Positions 1-12,593 of a DNA stretch of 63,788 bases are shown piece after piece. How positions within the stretch are numbered: the stretch's first letter is position 1; each line of letters begins with the position of its first letter. The stretch is taken from contig NC_057756.1 in the NCBI RefSeq assembly GCF_004010195.1, forward strand, positions 2,202,020 through 2,265,807, in the 5' to 3' direction. Position numbers and translations under genes: made by a program. The notes under the pieces were generated by a model. It had not been told where the DNA came from and did not search any database. It was given only the letters and a program-made list of their open reading frames with translations. This DNA is from Chiloscyllium plagiosum (taxonomy: Eukaryota).

Positions 1-1975
1 GGAAGCATGAATGACAAGTGAAGTTGTGAACTTAGACAAAAGGAAAAACAAAACGTCATAGGATAGCTCTGGGCTACTACAAACTCACAAAACTTTTCAA
101 GAGTATCGCGAAATTAGTAAGGAACATAAACGTGGAATTCGATAGTCTTAAGGGAGCATGGAATGTATTTTGCAAACACGATCAAGGAGAATCCTAGGGA
201 TGCTGACATATATATTAGAAGAAAGACGATGGCAAAAAAAAGTAGACCCACTCAAGGACAAAAGACCGAGATTCTGAATGGTGCCGCAGGAAATAGGAGA
301 GTTCCTTAATTAGTACTTTATATATATATTCATGAAGGACAAGGAGATAACGGATGTTGCAGTCAGGACTGTGTTTATGAATACTCGGGAGAAGGTCACT
401 ATATTAAAAGAGGAATTTTGGGATCTCCTAAAATTCATTAAGTTTGACACGTCCCCAGAGCCACATGAAATCTATCCCAGGTTCTGTGGGAGGCAAGTGA
501 GGAAATTCTTGCGGCATTGCCACGTATTTGCGAATTGTCTTTGACTAAAAGCGACGTTGCAGAGGATTGCGGGTTGGACAACATTCTTACCTTGCTGAAG
601 AAAGAAGCAGGGATAATCCATTCATGCATAGGCTTTAAAACCTGATATATGTCGTTGAAAAGCTCCTGGGAAAAAAAAGAGGGATAATATCTATGCACAT
701 CCGAAATAATATGGACGGCTTAATGACTGGCAGCATGCTTTTAAATGGGCAAGGTCATGTCTCACAAACCTGATTGAATTTTATAAACAGTCGACTAAAA
801 TACATAATGAGCCAAGGTGAGTAGACATAGTTTCTATGGCCTTGATGGAGTCGCACATGTCAGATTGGCAAAATCACTAAAATCACCTGGAATCCGGAGA
901 AGTCTGACTGGCTGGATACTAACCTGTCTGCGTTAAAGAAGACTGAGGGTACTGGATGAAGGTTTTTTTTAAATGGAGACCGCTAAATAGTGTTGTTCCA
1001 GAAGGCTTGGTCTTAAGACCTCTGCTGTTGTAGTATAGAAATAAATAATCTGGAGGAAATTGTGGTAGTTTCATTCGTACGTTTGCAGATTACACGAAGA
1101 TTGGTGGAGTTGCTGATAGTGCCAACGAATGCAAAAGGATACAACAGGATAGAAATAATTCGGCGACCAGTCCCAGAAATTTCAGATCGAGTTTAATCCT
1201 GGCAAATGCGAGCTGATGCGGTTTAGAGAATAACATAGAGGTGTAAATTGTATTGTAAACGGCATATTCCTTCGGAACATTAACATGCAGACAGGTTTGG
1301 GTTTGCTTGTCCGCAGTTCCATAAAGGTGGCAACGCAGGTAGCCAATGTGATTGGGAAGGCAGAAGGCATGCTTACTTTCATCATTCGGGCATGGAATGC
1401 AAGAGTTGAAAAAACATGTTGAAACTATACCAAAGCCATGTTACGCCGAATTTGACACTTTTATACAGTGTTTGTTGCCACATTACCAGAAGAATGTGGG
1501 AGCTGTGGACAGGATGAAGAGAAGATTCAACAGGATGTTGCCTGGTCTCCAGAGCACTGGTTCAGAGGAAATGTTAAAAAAGCCGAATTTAGTTTCACTA
1601 GAAAGACAGCGGCTGGGATGAGATCTGAGAGCAATCCACAATATTATGATAGGCATAGACAGGATGGATAATCAGAAGGCTTGCCTGAGCTTTAAAATTT
1701 CAGTTACAAGGGACGTAGATTTAAGGTAAGAAGGAGAATTTTATGGGAGATGTGCGAGGAACATTGCTCATGCAAAGAGTCGTAGCAACATGGATCGCAA
1801 TGCCAACAGAAGTGGTGAAAAGAACCACATGCACCGTATTTAAGAGGCATGTCGGTGGTTATATGAATATTGGGGGAATAGAGCTATAAAATCCGATTAC
1901 AGGCAGATGCTTAAATTTTAGTTTCGGTAGGACATGCAGCTCAGCACAAGCATGGAGGGCCGTTGTCCTATAAAT
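1..1975 (+). mobile_element. Old CR1 LINE, 3' part of ORF2 (RT) plus 3' UTR, heavily decayed
   Basis: Remnant CR1 motifs: SCLTNL.EF (~760), FADYTKIGGV (~1082), CLLPHYQKNVGAVDRMKRRFNRMLPGL (ORF 1352-1621); CR1-type 3' UTR. Confidence 0.9.
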
Positions 1976-2019
1976 CTCTTGCATTCTTTTGTTCTTTGAT
2001 CTCCTGCTAAATCGATTGG

Positions 2020-4620
2020 GGCAGCTACTGCATTGAATACCCATCTTTTTAAGAAAAATTCCTTTAGTCAGAGCTTTTAAGAAGAGAGTTTGTAAAGGCA
2101 GAGGTCCGATCTTTTGACTGAAAGTGGCTTAACTCAATAAGTTGGGAGGCCTTTTGAGGATTAAAAAAAAAACTTTGGAACAAAGTAGATGGAGTAGCCA
2201 GCTCTCACAGACGGCGCTTACTAGCTTTCTTTTAGCTGTAGCAGTCAGAAGAAACTTGGGTTTGCAAGCTTGAGTAAATGATTCCCAGCTGATTCTTGCT
2301 GTGAAATCTCTCTTGATCATTTTTTCTCTCTTTTTCCACTTTCGAGAACTCCATCTAAGAATGTCTGTCTGAATTTAACTTCTTGCCAAGAAATGTGTTT
2401 ATGGAATGTTACTATTTTGGAAAAGGTAATTAATAGGAGGTACGCCATTTTATGATTGTGTTCATTTTCCAATAATCAAGTCATTCTCAATTTATCTTTT
2501 TTGTTTGTTTCTTTAAATACTGTGTTTTAATAGATTGTGTTCTGCTTAATGGCAAGTAGTTTGACTAGTCACATCTCATTTTGGAAAATGGACTTCACCT
2601 ATACCTTTAAACGAAAAAACAGCTTAGGTTCAAGGCTACATTGTTAAGTTATTTGAGGGAGTGTGCTCTGAATCATAGCAAATTGCTGGCTCGTCCGGGA
2701 TTGTACTCTCTTGCTCTAAATTGGGTTGGAGATTTTTGGAATTAAAGATGGAGAGTGGCATGCTAACATCCTTTCTGTTAAATTTTGAACTTCTGTTGAA
2801 CTCTATTAGTTTTAACCCTGTGCCTCTTTTGCACTAACGGATTTTGAATCGCTAAGAATTTTCTATTGTTGTAAGAAATCGCTTCTGGATATTTGGCAAA
2901 TGCAAACAAGACAAAACTGTTGGAATTGGCAGACAAGCTGGAGTAGTAGTTCTCCTTTCAAGGAGAAAAGCGAGTGTTGTTACACCAATAGTTCGACATT
3001 ACATTTGCTGGAATGGCCAAAGGAATGCCTGGAAATGGCTGGAATTCAATTGCAGAAGCTTGTACGTGAAAAGAAATCAAACAGCTTGTGTTCTGTTTGA
3101 AAGCAGAGGGAAAAAACAAATGCAAGTAAGTCCCTAGCACAGGAAAGAGAAAGAGAGAGAAGGAAAAGAATGAAAAAAAGAAAACCTCCAACAGAATTTC
3201 AGAAGTTGGCTATTAGAGGGGAAAATCTGTGTAACAAGGTAGAGTTGTAATTACAATATGTGCTTAGTCAGGAAGCAAGCAAAGACTACCAAACATATCG
3301 TACATAAGGGCCTCATCATGATCTTTCCAAAAGTATCCAATCAGCAACTAACTTTCATGATAAGGGTATATAAAGTTCTTTTTGTTTAATTTGAGAAAGA
3401 GGCTAAACAAATGAAGGGTCCAGCAACCATATGTGTATTGATGATCCACAGAAGGTTGGTGCTTAGTGTTAATGAGATTTTACATTACTGTGAGAGGAGG
3501 TTCCTGGAAACATGAGGAGGTGAAGAAGGAATTCATGAGTGCACATGAGTTAGTGTTGGAAGTTGACAGGCAATGTTTCAGGAGTCGAAGGAGGGAGCCG
3601 AGTCAAGCGTAGATTCAGTCGGAAAGGATAAACCGGTTTAATTTTGATATGTGTGTAACGTAATGTAGGTATTAAAACAGAGAAAATACGTGATGCTCTC
3701 GAAGAGACGAATAATTTCTAATATTTTAGAAGGGAACTTCCTGAAGTAGTGAGAACTCGTGGGAAAGTACAAAGAATTTTTTTTTAAACTGCAAGATTTG
3801 AAGCAGACATTGCTGATGACTATGAGTTGGTTCATAAATCAATATTTGTGTTCTAATTTCAATTCCAATCTTTGAGGGATAGAAATGGGCAAAAAGAGAA
3901 ATCCTCAGGTGGTAAGGGAAAAGTAGTTCATAGTGCAGATAAAAATAATAGTTTACGGCAGAGTAAAAAAGGAAACCCATGAAGGAGAACGTGAATTACA
4001 AATTTTAGTTGTTCTCACCGCAATAAAGTAGGTCACACAATGTCACGATATTGTTGGTTTGGAAGAAAATCATTGGAAAAACGCATGTGATAAAATAGGA
4101 TAAGCTAGTCAAATTTGTTGAAGTGCTACAGGAAAACACAGCGAAGGCTAAAACACTGCAATAGAATGCACAACCTGGGTTGGAGTTTGATTGAGAAGGA
4201 AGTACCAGATCTTCTGAAACCACTTACCTGTTACAGTAAAGTTAGTGGTATATGCAAGGAACAGTAGGTGAAAAAGCAATAACGACTGTATAAAGTCAGT
4301 CTTTGATGTTGAGAAATGAGGAGATAAACAATTCAACGGGGCTACCGTCAGAAAATGCGCTCGTACGTTGAATTCATGGCGTGCTGAGACGGAATTGAAG
4401 TGCCTGGTGAAAAGTGGAGAAATACTCTTGGGTGTACTGTCATAACTTTCAGCTCAAGGAATATAACTTGTTCTTGCCTTTGATATAGATGTACCACAGG
4501 AAGGAATGCTGCCTACTTCGTTTGGAAAACAAAGCGGAAAATCATGCAACTTATGTGTTCCAGGAAGAGTATCCTGGGAGTTTTCCTGACTGATAACTAG
4601 GTAACAAAGCAGCAATTTGA
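2020..4620 (+). mobile_element. Gypsy (Gmr1-like) LTR retrotransposon: 5' LTR (~2020-2680), PBS, decayed gag/SCAN-like region and protease
   Basis: LTR ends CATAGCA(2680) followed by a PBS; coiled-coil gag and FEK.AKQMK.P / HELVLEVDRQCFR remnants shared with the elements at 16, 38 and 62 kb. Confidence 0.85.
2684..2701 (+). promoter_or_regulatory. tRNA-Pro primer-binding site of the LTR element
   Basis: TGCTGGCTCGTCCGGGAT matches 16/18 of the tRNA-Pro PBS TGGGGGCTCGTCCGGGAT and lies 3 nt after the LTR end. Confidence 0.85.
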
Positions 4621-4679
4621 AGTAGAAATCAAGTCATAAACATAAGGAGCTTTGAGTTGATTCAAACCAAAATATTGAA

Positions 4680-4960
4680 ATAATACTACACCACAAAGAC
4701 CAACATCAGAAAATGCCTTTCACAAACCATGTACACTGTCACTACTGACGTTCAGCATGCTTGAGGCAGAGACAACTTATTTCAATTGCTCACGCAGGTC
4801 ATGCAATATGCTGTCCAGTATTGTGCCGTGTATTGCAGTCAACTCCAGAGAGAATGTTGGAGCTGGTTTTGCTTTTATTTAAAGCAGGAGCACTCCCCTA
4901 GATCTGCTTCGAAACTGTTCTTGTTTGCTTGTGTTCAGTCATCCATTTCCATGCAGCGTT
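4680..4960 (-). pseudogene. Decayed Ig constant (C2/CD80-like) exon
   Basis: Across stops/frameshifts: ECS...AKPAPTFS(W)...VVSASSMLNVSSDSVHG..VCERH; lies just downstream of the V exon at 5130-5520. Confidence 0.35.
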
Positions 4961-5129
4961 TTGTCCTTCGTAATACCATTAGTGGTGTTACATTTTTGTG
5001 TAATAACCATCAGTACAGACTTTACAAAAGCCAAGCAAAATGATCTTATTCCATTCACAATAGTGGGGATTGGAAGTCAAGCATGTGTTTCAATCTACTG
5101 TTACACATTACACTTTCTCTCATTATAAT

Positions 5130-5520
5130 ACCCTGCAGGTATTTCAGTATGAAGGATTTTTAAAAAGCTGTTTATCACTCTTTTCTTGGCATTTGTCACA
5201 TCAGACAATTCACTGGATCAAATCACAGCCCTGCTCTGGTCATGTATTCATTTCACAGGGTACTTCTCTGATTTGGAGGAAGTTGCATTAATATTATCGC
5301 ATACATCATTTCTACCTGACCTATTTTTATATTTCAAGGGTGAGGTAGTGTCCTACTTGACAATGTATTAGAAAACCAGTCAAGATTATTTCTGTATCAC
5401 CTGCCCAATAGTTATATTTTGTGCTGGATATGTTCAGTGTGGTTCTTTAACTTCTGATGCATATAAAAATGATATGGTTGCCTCCAATAATACCGTTCAC
5501 TATAGGTCTCCTATTAGACC
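5130..5520 (-). pseudogene. Decayed IgV-set exon, B7 family-like (CD80/CD86/ICOSL)
   Basis: PIVNGIIGGNHIIFIC..LNISSTKYNYW..EIILTGF in one frame, then KYKNRS and LQIREV after frameshifts. Confidence 0.5.
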
Positions 5521-5709
5521 CCATTTTACAATTAACATTCATATCTTAATTTGGGATTCAATCCACTTTTTTCCCCTCAACTGGTTGCAAATTGTTCTGT
5601 GACGCATGCTGGGGCCCATCCACTCACAAAATGTTGGACTTACATCTGGCTGCTTGAACAATCTCTGACATTATGCCCTTTGCTGCAATTTCGACCAATT
5701 TTAGGACAC

Positions 5710-6050
5710 CTCGAGTGTCATGGAGATCGTAGAATCCCCACAGGTGTGGAAACAGACCATTTGTCGGAACACATCCAAGCAGACGTTGCGAATAACAATC
5801 TACCCAGACCCATTCCCCTACCCTACTACTTAACATTTAGTCCTGACTAATGCAACTAACCTAAACATTGCTGAACACAATAGCAATTTAGCGTGTCCAA
5901 TTCACCTAACATACACATCTTTGGACAGTGCGAAGAAACCGTAGCACGCAGAAGAAAATCATCCAGACACGGGGAGAATGTGCAAATTTAACAGTTGCCC
6001 GAGATTGGAATCGAATTCGGTTACCTGACGCAGTCAGAATGTCCTACTAC
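5710..6050 (-). mobile_element. HE1-type V-SINE
   Basis: Reverse complement of V-domain (TTTGCACATTCTCCCCGTGTCT...CCAAAGATGTG) plus CR1-like tail. Confidence 0.9.
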
Positions 6051-6069
6051 TCCCTCCAGCCACAGACAT

Positions 6070-6410
6070 GCAACAGTTCTGATCTTTGATAGAGTGGCGT
6101 GGTCCACTTGAGACAGATGGCATCCCTTAATTTCTTCATACTGCACCATGATCACAACTAGATGCCAGTTGTTCACGCAGTATCTTATTTCCTGTTATGT
6201 CTTTCAACCAGGTTTTGGCGGTTTCCCTCATCGCCACCGTTGCAGTATGTGTATTGTTATCAGTGAGATATAACCACGATCTTTGTGACCGTAATGTCCC
6301 ATGGAACTCAAATTTAAGGACCCACCAATTGACAAAATGTGCAGCTAACATTTCTGAGATTCGCCCTGGGCCATCTCCGCTCTGGAACACAAAGAGCACA
6401 TCCAACCCGG
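6070..6410 (-). pseudogene. Possible decayed IgV-set exon
   Basis: DVLFVFQS (A strand), QGES/NVSCTF (B), I*VPW (C), LREQLASSCDHG with L..D..G at V-set spacing; needs several frameshifts. Confidence 0.3.
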
Positions 6411-6474
6411 TTTGGTGATTTCCCTTTCTCTCTCTTTACGTATTCAGGGCATTTATTGAGTCCCCTGTATTATC

Positions 6475-6610
6475 GAGGAGAAAGTGAGGACTGCAGATGC
6501 TGGAGATCAGAGCTGAAAATGTGTTGCTGGAAAAGCACAGCAGGTCAGGGAGCATCCAAGGAGCAGGAGAATGGCATGAGCCCTTCTTCAGGAATGAGGA
6601 AAGTGTGTTC
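6475..6610 (-). mobile_element. Short Penelope-like element terminal fragment with 14-bp TSD
   Basis: GAGGAGAAAGTGAGGACTGCAGATGCTGG PLE end; flanked by TCCCCTGTATTATC (6461-6474) and TCCCATGTATTATC (6611-6624). Confidence 0.85.
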
Positions 6611-7404
6611 TCCCATGTATTATCCCCGAATGCTGTCCGTACAGCTTCTTTCAACTCATCCAATGCTCGAATGTTCTGTCTTGGGGACGCTGAAATGTAA
6701 TGTGCTGTGAATGTATTTCAGCATGAGTATTGTTTTTCTTTCTCATTATCTAATCGTTATACTGTTAGCTGCTGTTGGAAGCATGCATATTATTGTCAAT
6801 CAAATCTGATGATGCCCTATACACGTGGCTATATCTCTTAGTGGTTAAACATTACGCGACATAGTATATGTGATATCGCTGATTGGCTGTTACTGCCGTG
6901 GTAGGAATCGGGGAATGATTGAGCAGTGGATCTTTCTCCTTCCTCCGCCTGGAGAATGAGCCCAATCTCCCAGGCACTCTGCTCCATATCTGGTCCCATC
7001 ATCTGCTCGACCTCGCGGTTCACTTCATTGTCTTCTTCCCATCCCTCCTTATGGGAGATTTTGCAACCATAACTACTACTCATCTGTGTTCCGATATCTT
7101 ACACTGTACCTTCTCTATCTACTCCATCATTTTCATTTTCACCTGTTGATCCATATTCTATCCTCATTGACTTACGCATAACGTTTACAGCTTAATACTT
7201 ATGCCATCAGGGTTGCTCTTAATTTGGTTTTAAAATCAAGACTCCAAGTAAATTATCTGATTTTCTCATTTTATCTAAGAATTAAATGTATTGCAGCTAA
7301 CACGGAGGAAAGTATGTAAAGATAAGAAGTCGGTTAAGACTGCAAAACATGGATAGGAGGTCCGTTCCAAAGTTTTAGGTATACTTTATATATATGAACA
7401 AAAA

Positions 7405-7512
7405 TACACAGACACAAACACAAACACACACACACATATGCATGCATATACATACAGACAAATGCATACACACATACACACACACACAAACACACACACA
7501 TAATATACACAC
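7405..7512 (+). repeat. Imperfect (CA)n microsatellite
   Basis: Direct inspection. Confidence 0.95.
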
Positions 7513-7639
7513 CGTATTGTTAGTGCCATAGCGCAATTTGGAGTGAGTGCATCTAATAATTAATAATGAGGAAATGATAGAACTGAACACAGATTTTGCA
7601 CTAAGAAAACCATACATAGAACTTGGCCTCTTACTGAGA

Positions 7640-9110
7640 TATTTGTATCGTCGATAGTCACAGGTAAGGTGGTGGAAGACTGGAGGATGGCAAACGTGGT
7701 GCCACTGTTTAGAACGGCGGTAAAGACATGCCAGGGAACGAAAGACCAGTGAGCCTGACATCAGTGGTGGGCAAGTTGTTGGAGGGAATCCTGAGGGAAA
7801 GGATGTACATGTATCTGGAAAGACAAAGGCAGATTCGGGATTGTCAACATGGCTTTGTGCGTGGGAAATAATGCCTCACAAACTTGATTGAGTTTTTTGA
7901 AGAAGTAACAAAGAAGATTGACGAGAGCAGAGCAGTAGATGTGATCTATATGGACGTCAGTAAGGCGTTCGACAAGGTTAAGGTTAGATCTCATGGAATA
8001 CAGGGAGAACTAGCCATTTGGACACAGCACTGGCTCATAGGTAGAAGACAGAGGGTAGTGGTGGAGGGTTTATTTTCAGACTGGACGTCTGTGACAAGTG
8101 GAGTGCCACAAGGATCAGTGCTGCGACCTCTACTTTTTGTCATTTACATAAATGATTTGGATGCGAACATAAGAGGTACAGTTAGTAAGTTTGCAGATGA
8201 CACCAAAATTGGAGGAGTAGTGGACAGCGAAGAGGTTTACCTCAGATTACAACAGGATCTGGACCAGATGGGCCTATGGGCTGAGAAGTGGCAGATGGAG
8301 TTTAATTCACTTAAATGCAAGGTGCTGCATTTTGGGAAAGCAAATCTTAGCAGGACTTATACACTTAATGTTACGGTCCTAGAGAGTTTTGCTGAACAAA
8401 GAGACCTTGGAGTGCAGGTTTATAGCTCCTTGAAAGTAGAGTCGCAGGTAGATAGGATAGTGACGAAGGCGTTTGTTATGCTTTCCTTTATTGGTCAGAG
8501 TATTGAGTACAGGTGTTGGGAGGTTATGTTGCGACTGTACAGGACATTGGTTAGGCCTCTGTTGGAATATTGCGTGCAATTCTGGTCTCCTTCCTATCGA
8601 AAAGATGTTGTGAAACTTGAAAGTGTTCAGAAAGTATTTACAAGGATGTTGCCAGAGATGCAGGATCTGAGCTACAGGGAAAGTCTGAACAGGTTGGGGC
8701 TGTTTTCCCTGGAGCGTCGGAGGCTGAGGGGTGACTTTATAGAGGTTTAGAAAATTATGGGGTGCATGGATAGGATAAATAGACAAAGTCTTTTTCCTGG
8801 GATTGGGGAGTCCAGAACAAGAGGGCATAGGTTTAGGGTGAGCGGGGAAAGATATAAAACAGACCTAAGGGGCAACCTTTTAATGCAGAGGGTGGTACGT
8901 GTATGGAATAAGCTGCCAGAGGATGTGATGGAGGCTGGTACATTACAGTATTTAAGAGGCATTTGGATGAATATATGAATGGGAAGGGTTTGGAGGGATA
9001 TGGGCCGGGTGCTGGCAGGTGGGACTAGATTGGGTTGGGATAGCTGGTCGGCATGGACGGGTTGAATCGAAGGGTATGTTTCCATGCTGTACTTCTCTAT
9101 GACTCTATCT
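7640..9110 (+). mobile_element. Young 5'-truncated CR1 LINE; RT fragment ORF 7884-8750
   Basis: [42 protein letters not shown]; ends in CTCTATGACTCTAT tail. Confidence 0.97.
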
Positions 9111-9129
9111 GGAGCGTTTTAGTAGATTG

Positions 9130-9960
9130 TGCTGGATTGAACCTGAAAACGAAGTTGAGACATCAGTGTATCCATATAATATTTGTTTTAACATCTCCAT
9201 TTCAAGAAGGTTATTGCTAAAGAAGAAACATAACAAATGTAGTGTTGTGAAGCGTTGCACCATTTTCGTTATGCAGGATTATGAAATGAGATGGGTCCAA
9301 ACAGTGAGAACCGTTATGCTAAGAATTTCTACAATCAAAGTATCACAAGTATTGGCAACGAAAACATGCACTGAACCCATATTGTCTGCAAAGTCAAGGA
9401 TTTTGCAGTGGCATGAGATTAGACATCCAGAACCATAACTATGACATGCTGTTACGAAGACCTACACGTTGAGAAGAGAATGGTTTGCATGCCATTAAAT
9501 ACCACCGATTCAACATATTTCACTTTGGGATTCGTTGTTTTGAGTTGCATTATTTTAATTAGGCATAACATCTTAAATTGCGAAAAAAATCATCCTCAGT
9601 GTTGCATGCCAACTCATCCAGTCTCTCGTTATAACTTAGACATTGTTTTATCTCCGGGCAGTATCTGAGTGAATCTCCATTGCACTATGTGCAGTTCATT
9701 TGCGTCATTCTATTAGTATGTTAACAGAACTGCAAAGTCTTTTTACTGATCCAATTAATAGAGTATGATCCAATTACATATTCAGTTGTGATAAGACTTC
9801 CCTGCTTTCATATTTGTTGCACCAGATAATTTAACCGAGCAACATATATGGATTAATCACCACCCCATCTCCCTCAGTTGACATCTTCAGTGGTCGATCG
9901 AATCGTGGACCAAGGTACCTTTTTTCCACAATGCTCCCCAGCAAATTAGAATCCTTTTAG
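9130..9960. mobile_element. Very old CR1 fragments (plus, then minus)
   Basis: Weak similarity to the CR1 RT region. Confidence 0.4.
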
Positions 9961-10299
9961 CATATAGTCGTCTCTTTACAGTTCCGAGATCGTTTCATCA
10001 AGCACATGTGAGTAATCACAACTTCCTTATTGAAACTGAACATAAGCAAGAACAGATTCTTCCTGTTCAAGTCTAACTGCATGGTAAAATTCAATTTTAA
10101 GCAAATTACGTGGCCCTACTTTGTTACCGCCAAGTGTGCTTAACACAGCATTTTACTCTCCAGAGTAAAATCAATTATGAAAACGGATTACCACGCTGGA
10201 CAGTTCCTTTTATTCACACACTTTGGGCTCCATATAACTGTGTTTTCCAATATAGAATCTTTCGATGAGTGTTACTTTAGTGCTTCATGAAAATTTCTG

Positions 10300-10630
10300 G
10301 TTGCATGGTGACTCAGTGGTTAACACTGGTGTCTCACATCGGTTGAGACCCGGGTTCAATTCTGAATCTTGGGTGACTGTTTGTGTGTAGTTTGTAAGTT
10401 CTGTGCGAGTGCTCCAGTTTCCGCCCACAGTCTAATGATGCGCAAGTTAGGTGAATTGGATGTGCAAAATTGTCCACAGTGTTCAGGGATATGTAAGTTA
10501 GATGCACTAGTCAAGGTGCAATATACAGTAATAGGGTAGGGGAACGGCTTTGGGTGGGTTATTCTTCAGAGTGTCGGTGTGGTCTTGATGGGCAAAATGG
10601 CCTGTTTCCATTCTGTAGGGATTCCATGAA
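10300..10630 (+). mobile_element. HE1-type V-SINE
   Basis: tRNA-like head (GGTGACTCAGTGGTTAACACT...GGTTCAATTC), V-domain, CR1-like tail. Confidence 0.92.
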
Positions 10631-10742
10631 TGTGACCACATTCTTCTTCCAGTGGAGTAGATTCGTGTGCAAGGATTTTATGTTCAAATGCTTCTAATCT
10701 TGGAAAATGTTTGCACCTCAATGTTGTTGAACAATTTTACAG

Positions 10743-11000
10743 GTTGAAGAGTCTAATTATGAAAACTGTTGCATCCAACGTCTGGCTCATTTGCAGTTAA
10801 TCACACTTGCATACTCCCACTAATTAATTCTGAAGTCACAGCCTGTGATATAACTTTGCTTAGTATAAAAGTGTGCTGCGAAGAAAAGTATTCTTCGGAG
10901 CGAGATCCACTCTGTGACCCATTGCCAAGCTCAAACTTAAGATAATGAATTTGATGATATGTGTGATTTTCAGCGACATGCAGCACACTTGCACTGAACC
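10743..11000 (+). pseudogene. Possible decayed IgV-set exon
   Basis: After TTTTACAG, one frame with stops reads KTVASNVWLICS..N*F*(W as TGA)..FGARSTL..KLKLKIMNLMI..HTC; Cys-Cys spacing ~66 codons. Confidence 0.35.
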
Positions 11001-11408
11001 AAATTTAAACTAATAGATATCAAATACTGCTATTGCAGTACAGCAGCTGTGTTCTCATTCCGATGAAGTATTCATTATGTGTTTTCGATCTTATTGAAGC
11101 CTGGTGCCGTAAATGTTTCCAAAAGTAAAAGACTCGAACATTTCCGATGTGGCTGTTTATTTCTCAACGGAATTCCCATAAAGTAATAAGTTACATGAGT
11201 CTGAGAAGATAAGAACGGAAATACAAAAACAAGTAGTTACCACTTTTTCCTGGAGCGTCCAATGCAGGTTAGACCAAGGACAGCTAAAGGATGTTAATTA
11301 CCTATCGATTTCAAGAAGGCGTTTGACAAGTTGCTGCCCAGCAGGCTGGTTAGTAAGATAATTCCCCATGGTGTTAAAGTCAAGCTGCTAGCATGGATAT
11401 CATATTGG

Positions 11409-11468
11409 AGGAGAAAGTGAGGACTGCAGATGCTGGAGATCAGAGCTGAAAATGTGTTGCTGGAAAAG
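11409..11468 (-). mobile_element. 60-bp PLE terminal fragment with 8-bp TSD
   Basis: Flanked by CATATTGG at 11401-11408 and 11469-11476. Confidence 0.85.
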
Positions 11469-12504
11469 CATATTGGTTGCCTGACAGGAAATAGAGTGGG
11501 GAAAATGATCTTTCTCAGTAAGGCAGCAGGTCAAAAGTGATGTGCCACAAGGGTATGTTTTGGAAAACAATTTTTCACTTTATACATTAATGATCGAGAT
11601 GAAGGAACTGATGGCATTCCGGCTGGGTTTGCAAATCATATAAAGCTAGGAAGTGGTACAGGCAACATTGGAAGAGGGGGATGCAAAGGATTTGGGCAGG
11701 TTGAGAGAGTGTACAAAGAAGTGCTAGATGGAGTACAACGTGGCAAGTGTGAGGACATGCACTTTGGTAAGAAGAATACAAGAATATACTATTTTCTCAA
11801 TGATAAGAAAATTCAGAAGTCTGTTGTGCAAAGGGACTAGCGAAGGTCTCGCCCAGGAATCTCTCAGTGTACACTTGCAGGTTAAGTTCACAGTGAGGAA
11901 AGCAAAATCAATATTTGATATTTACTTTGTGACGACCTGAATAGAAAAAAAATAACGTGATGTATTTCAGAGGCTCTACAAGGCTCTCGTCAGACCATGT
12001 TTAGAATACTGTGTGCCTTGCTGGCCCTCATATCTGAGGAGTATGTACTGGGTCAGGACCATGTTCAGACGAGCGTCACGAGAATGTTCACCTGCTGAAA
12101 ACCTTAACATATGAGGAACGTTTGAGGACTCTGGAAGCTTAGAAGTATGAGGGTGGTATCTAATTGAAACTTCCGGAATGCTGAACTGCCTGGACAGAGT
12201 GGATGTTGGAAAAAAGTTTCCATTTGTAGAAGAAACAGGGACATGAGGCCTCGGTCTGAGAAGAGAAGGAGCGCCCATTAGAACAGAGATCAACAGAAAT
12301 TTCTTCAGCCAGAGAGTACGAAACCTACGGAATTCACCGCCACAGGAAGCTGTTGAAGGCCAGTCATTCAGTATTTTTAAGACAGAGATAGATAGGTTCT
12401 TGATTGGCAAGGAAATTAATGGTTACAGAGAGAAAGCAGATTACGATTGAGAAACCCCCGTTCAAACATGATTGAATGGCAGAGCAGACTAGATAGACTG
12501 ATAC

Positions 12505-12593
12505 GAGGTAAAAGGGCTTTTGCCCGAAACGTCCATTTTGCTGCTCGTCGGATGCTGCCTGAATTGCTGTGCTCTTCCAGCACCACTGATCCC
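12505..12593 (+). mobile_element. PLE terminal fragment with perfect 14-bp TSD
   Basis: AGGGCTTTTGCCCGAAACGTC hammerhead half; flanked by AGATAGACTGATAC at 12491-12504 and 12594-12607. Confidence 0.85.

Noticed and set aside
7176..7274. 99-nt minus-strand exon candidate with TAG/GTAAGT
   Set aside because: Stops in all frames and no recognisable product
7884..8750. 288-aa RT ORF as an active or domesticated gene
   Set aside because: 5'-truncated CR1 with a small in-frame deletion after KAFDKV and a premature stop
10300..10375. tRNA gene
   Set aside because: It is the tRNA-derived head of a SINE, followed by the V-domain
10801..10986. Minus ORF FELGNG..RSEEYFSS resembling a BLNK/SLP-76 SH2 C-terminus
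   Set aside because: Short match, no other SH2 exons, and it overlaps a better plus-strand Ig reading
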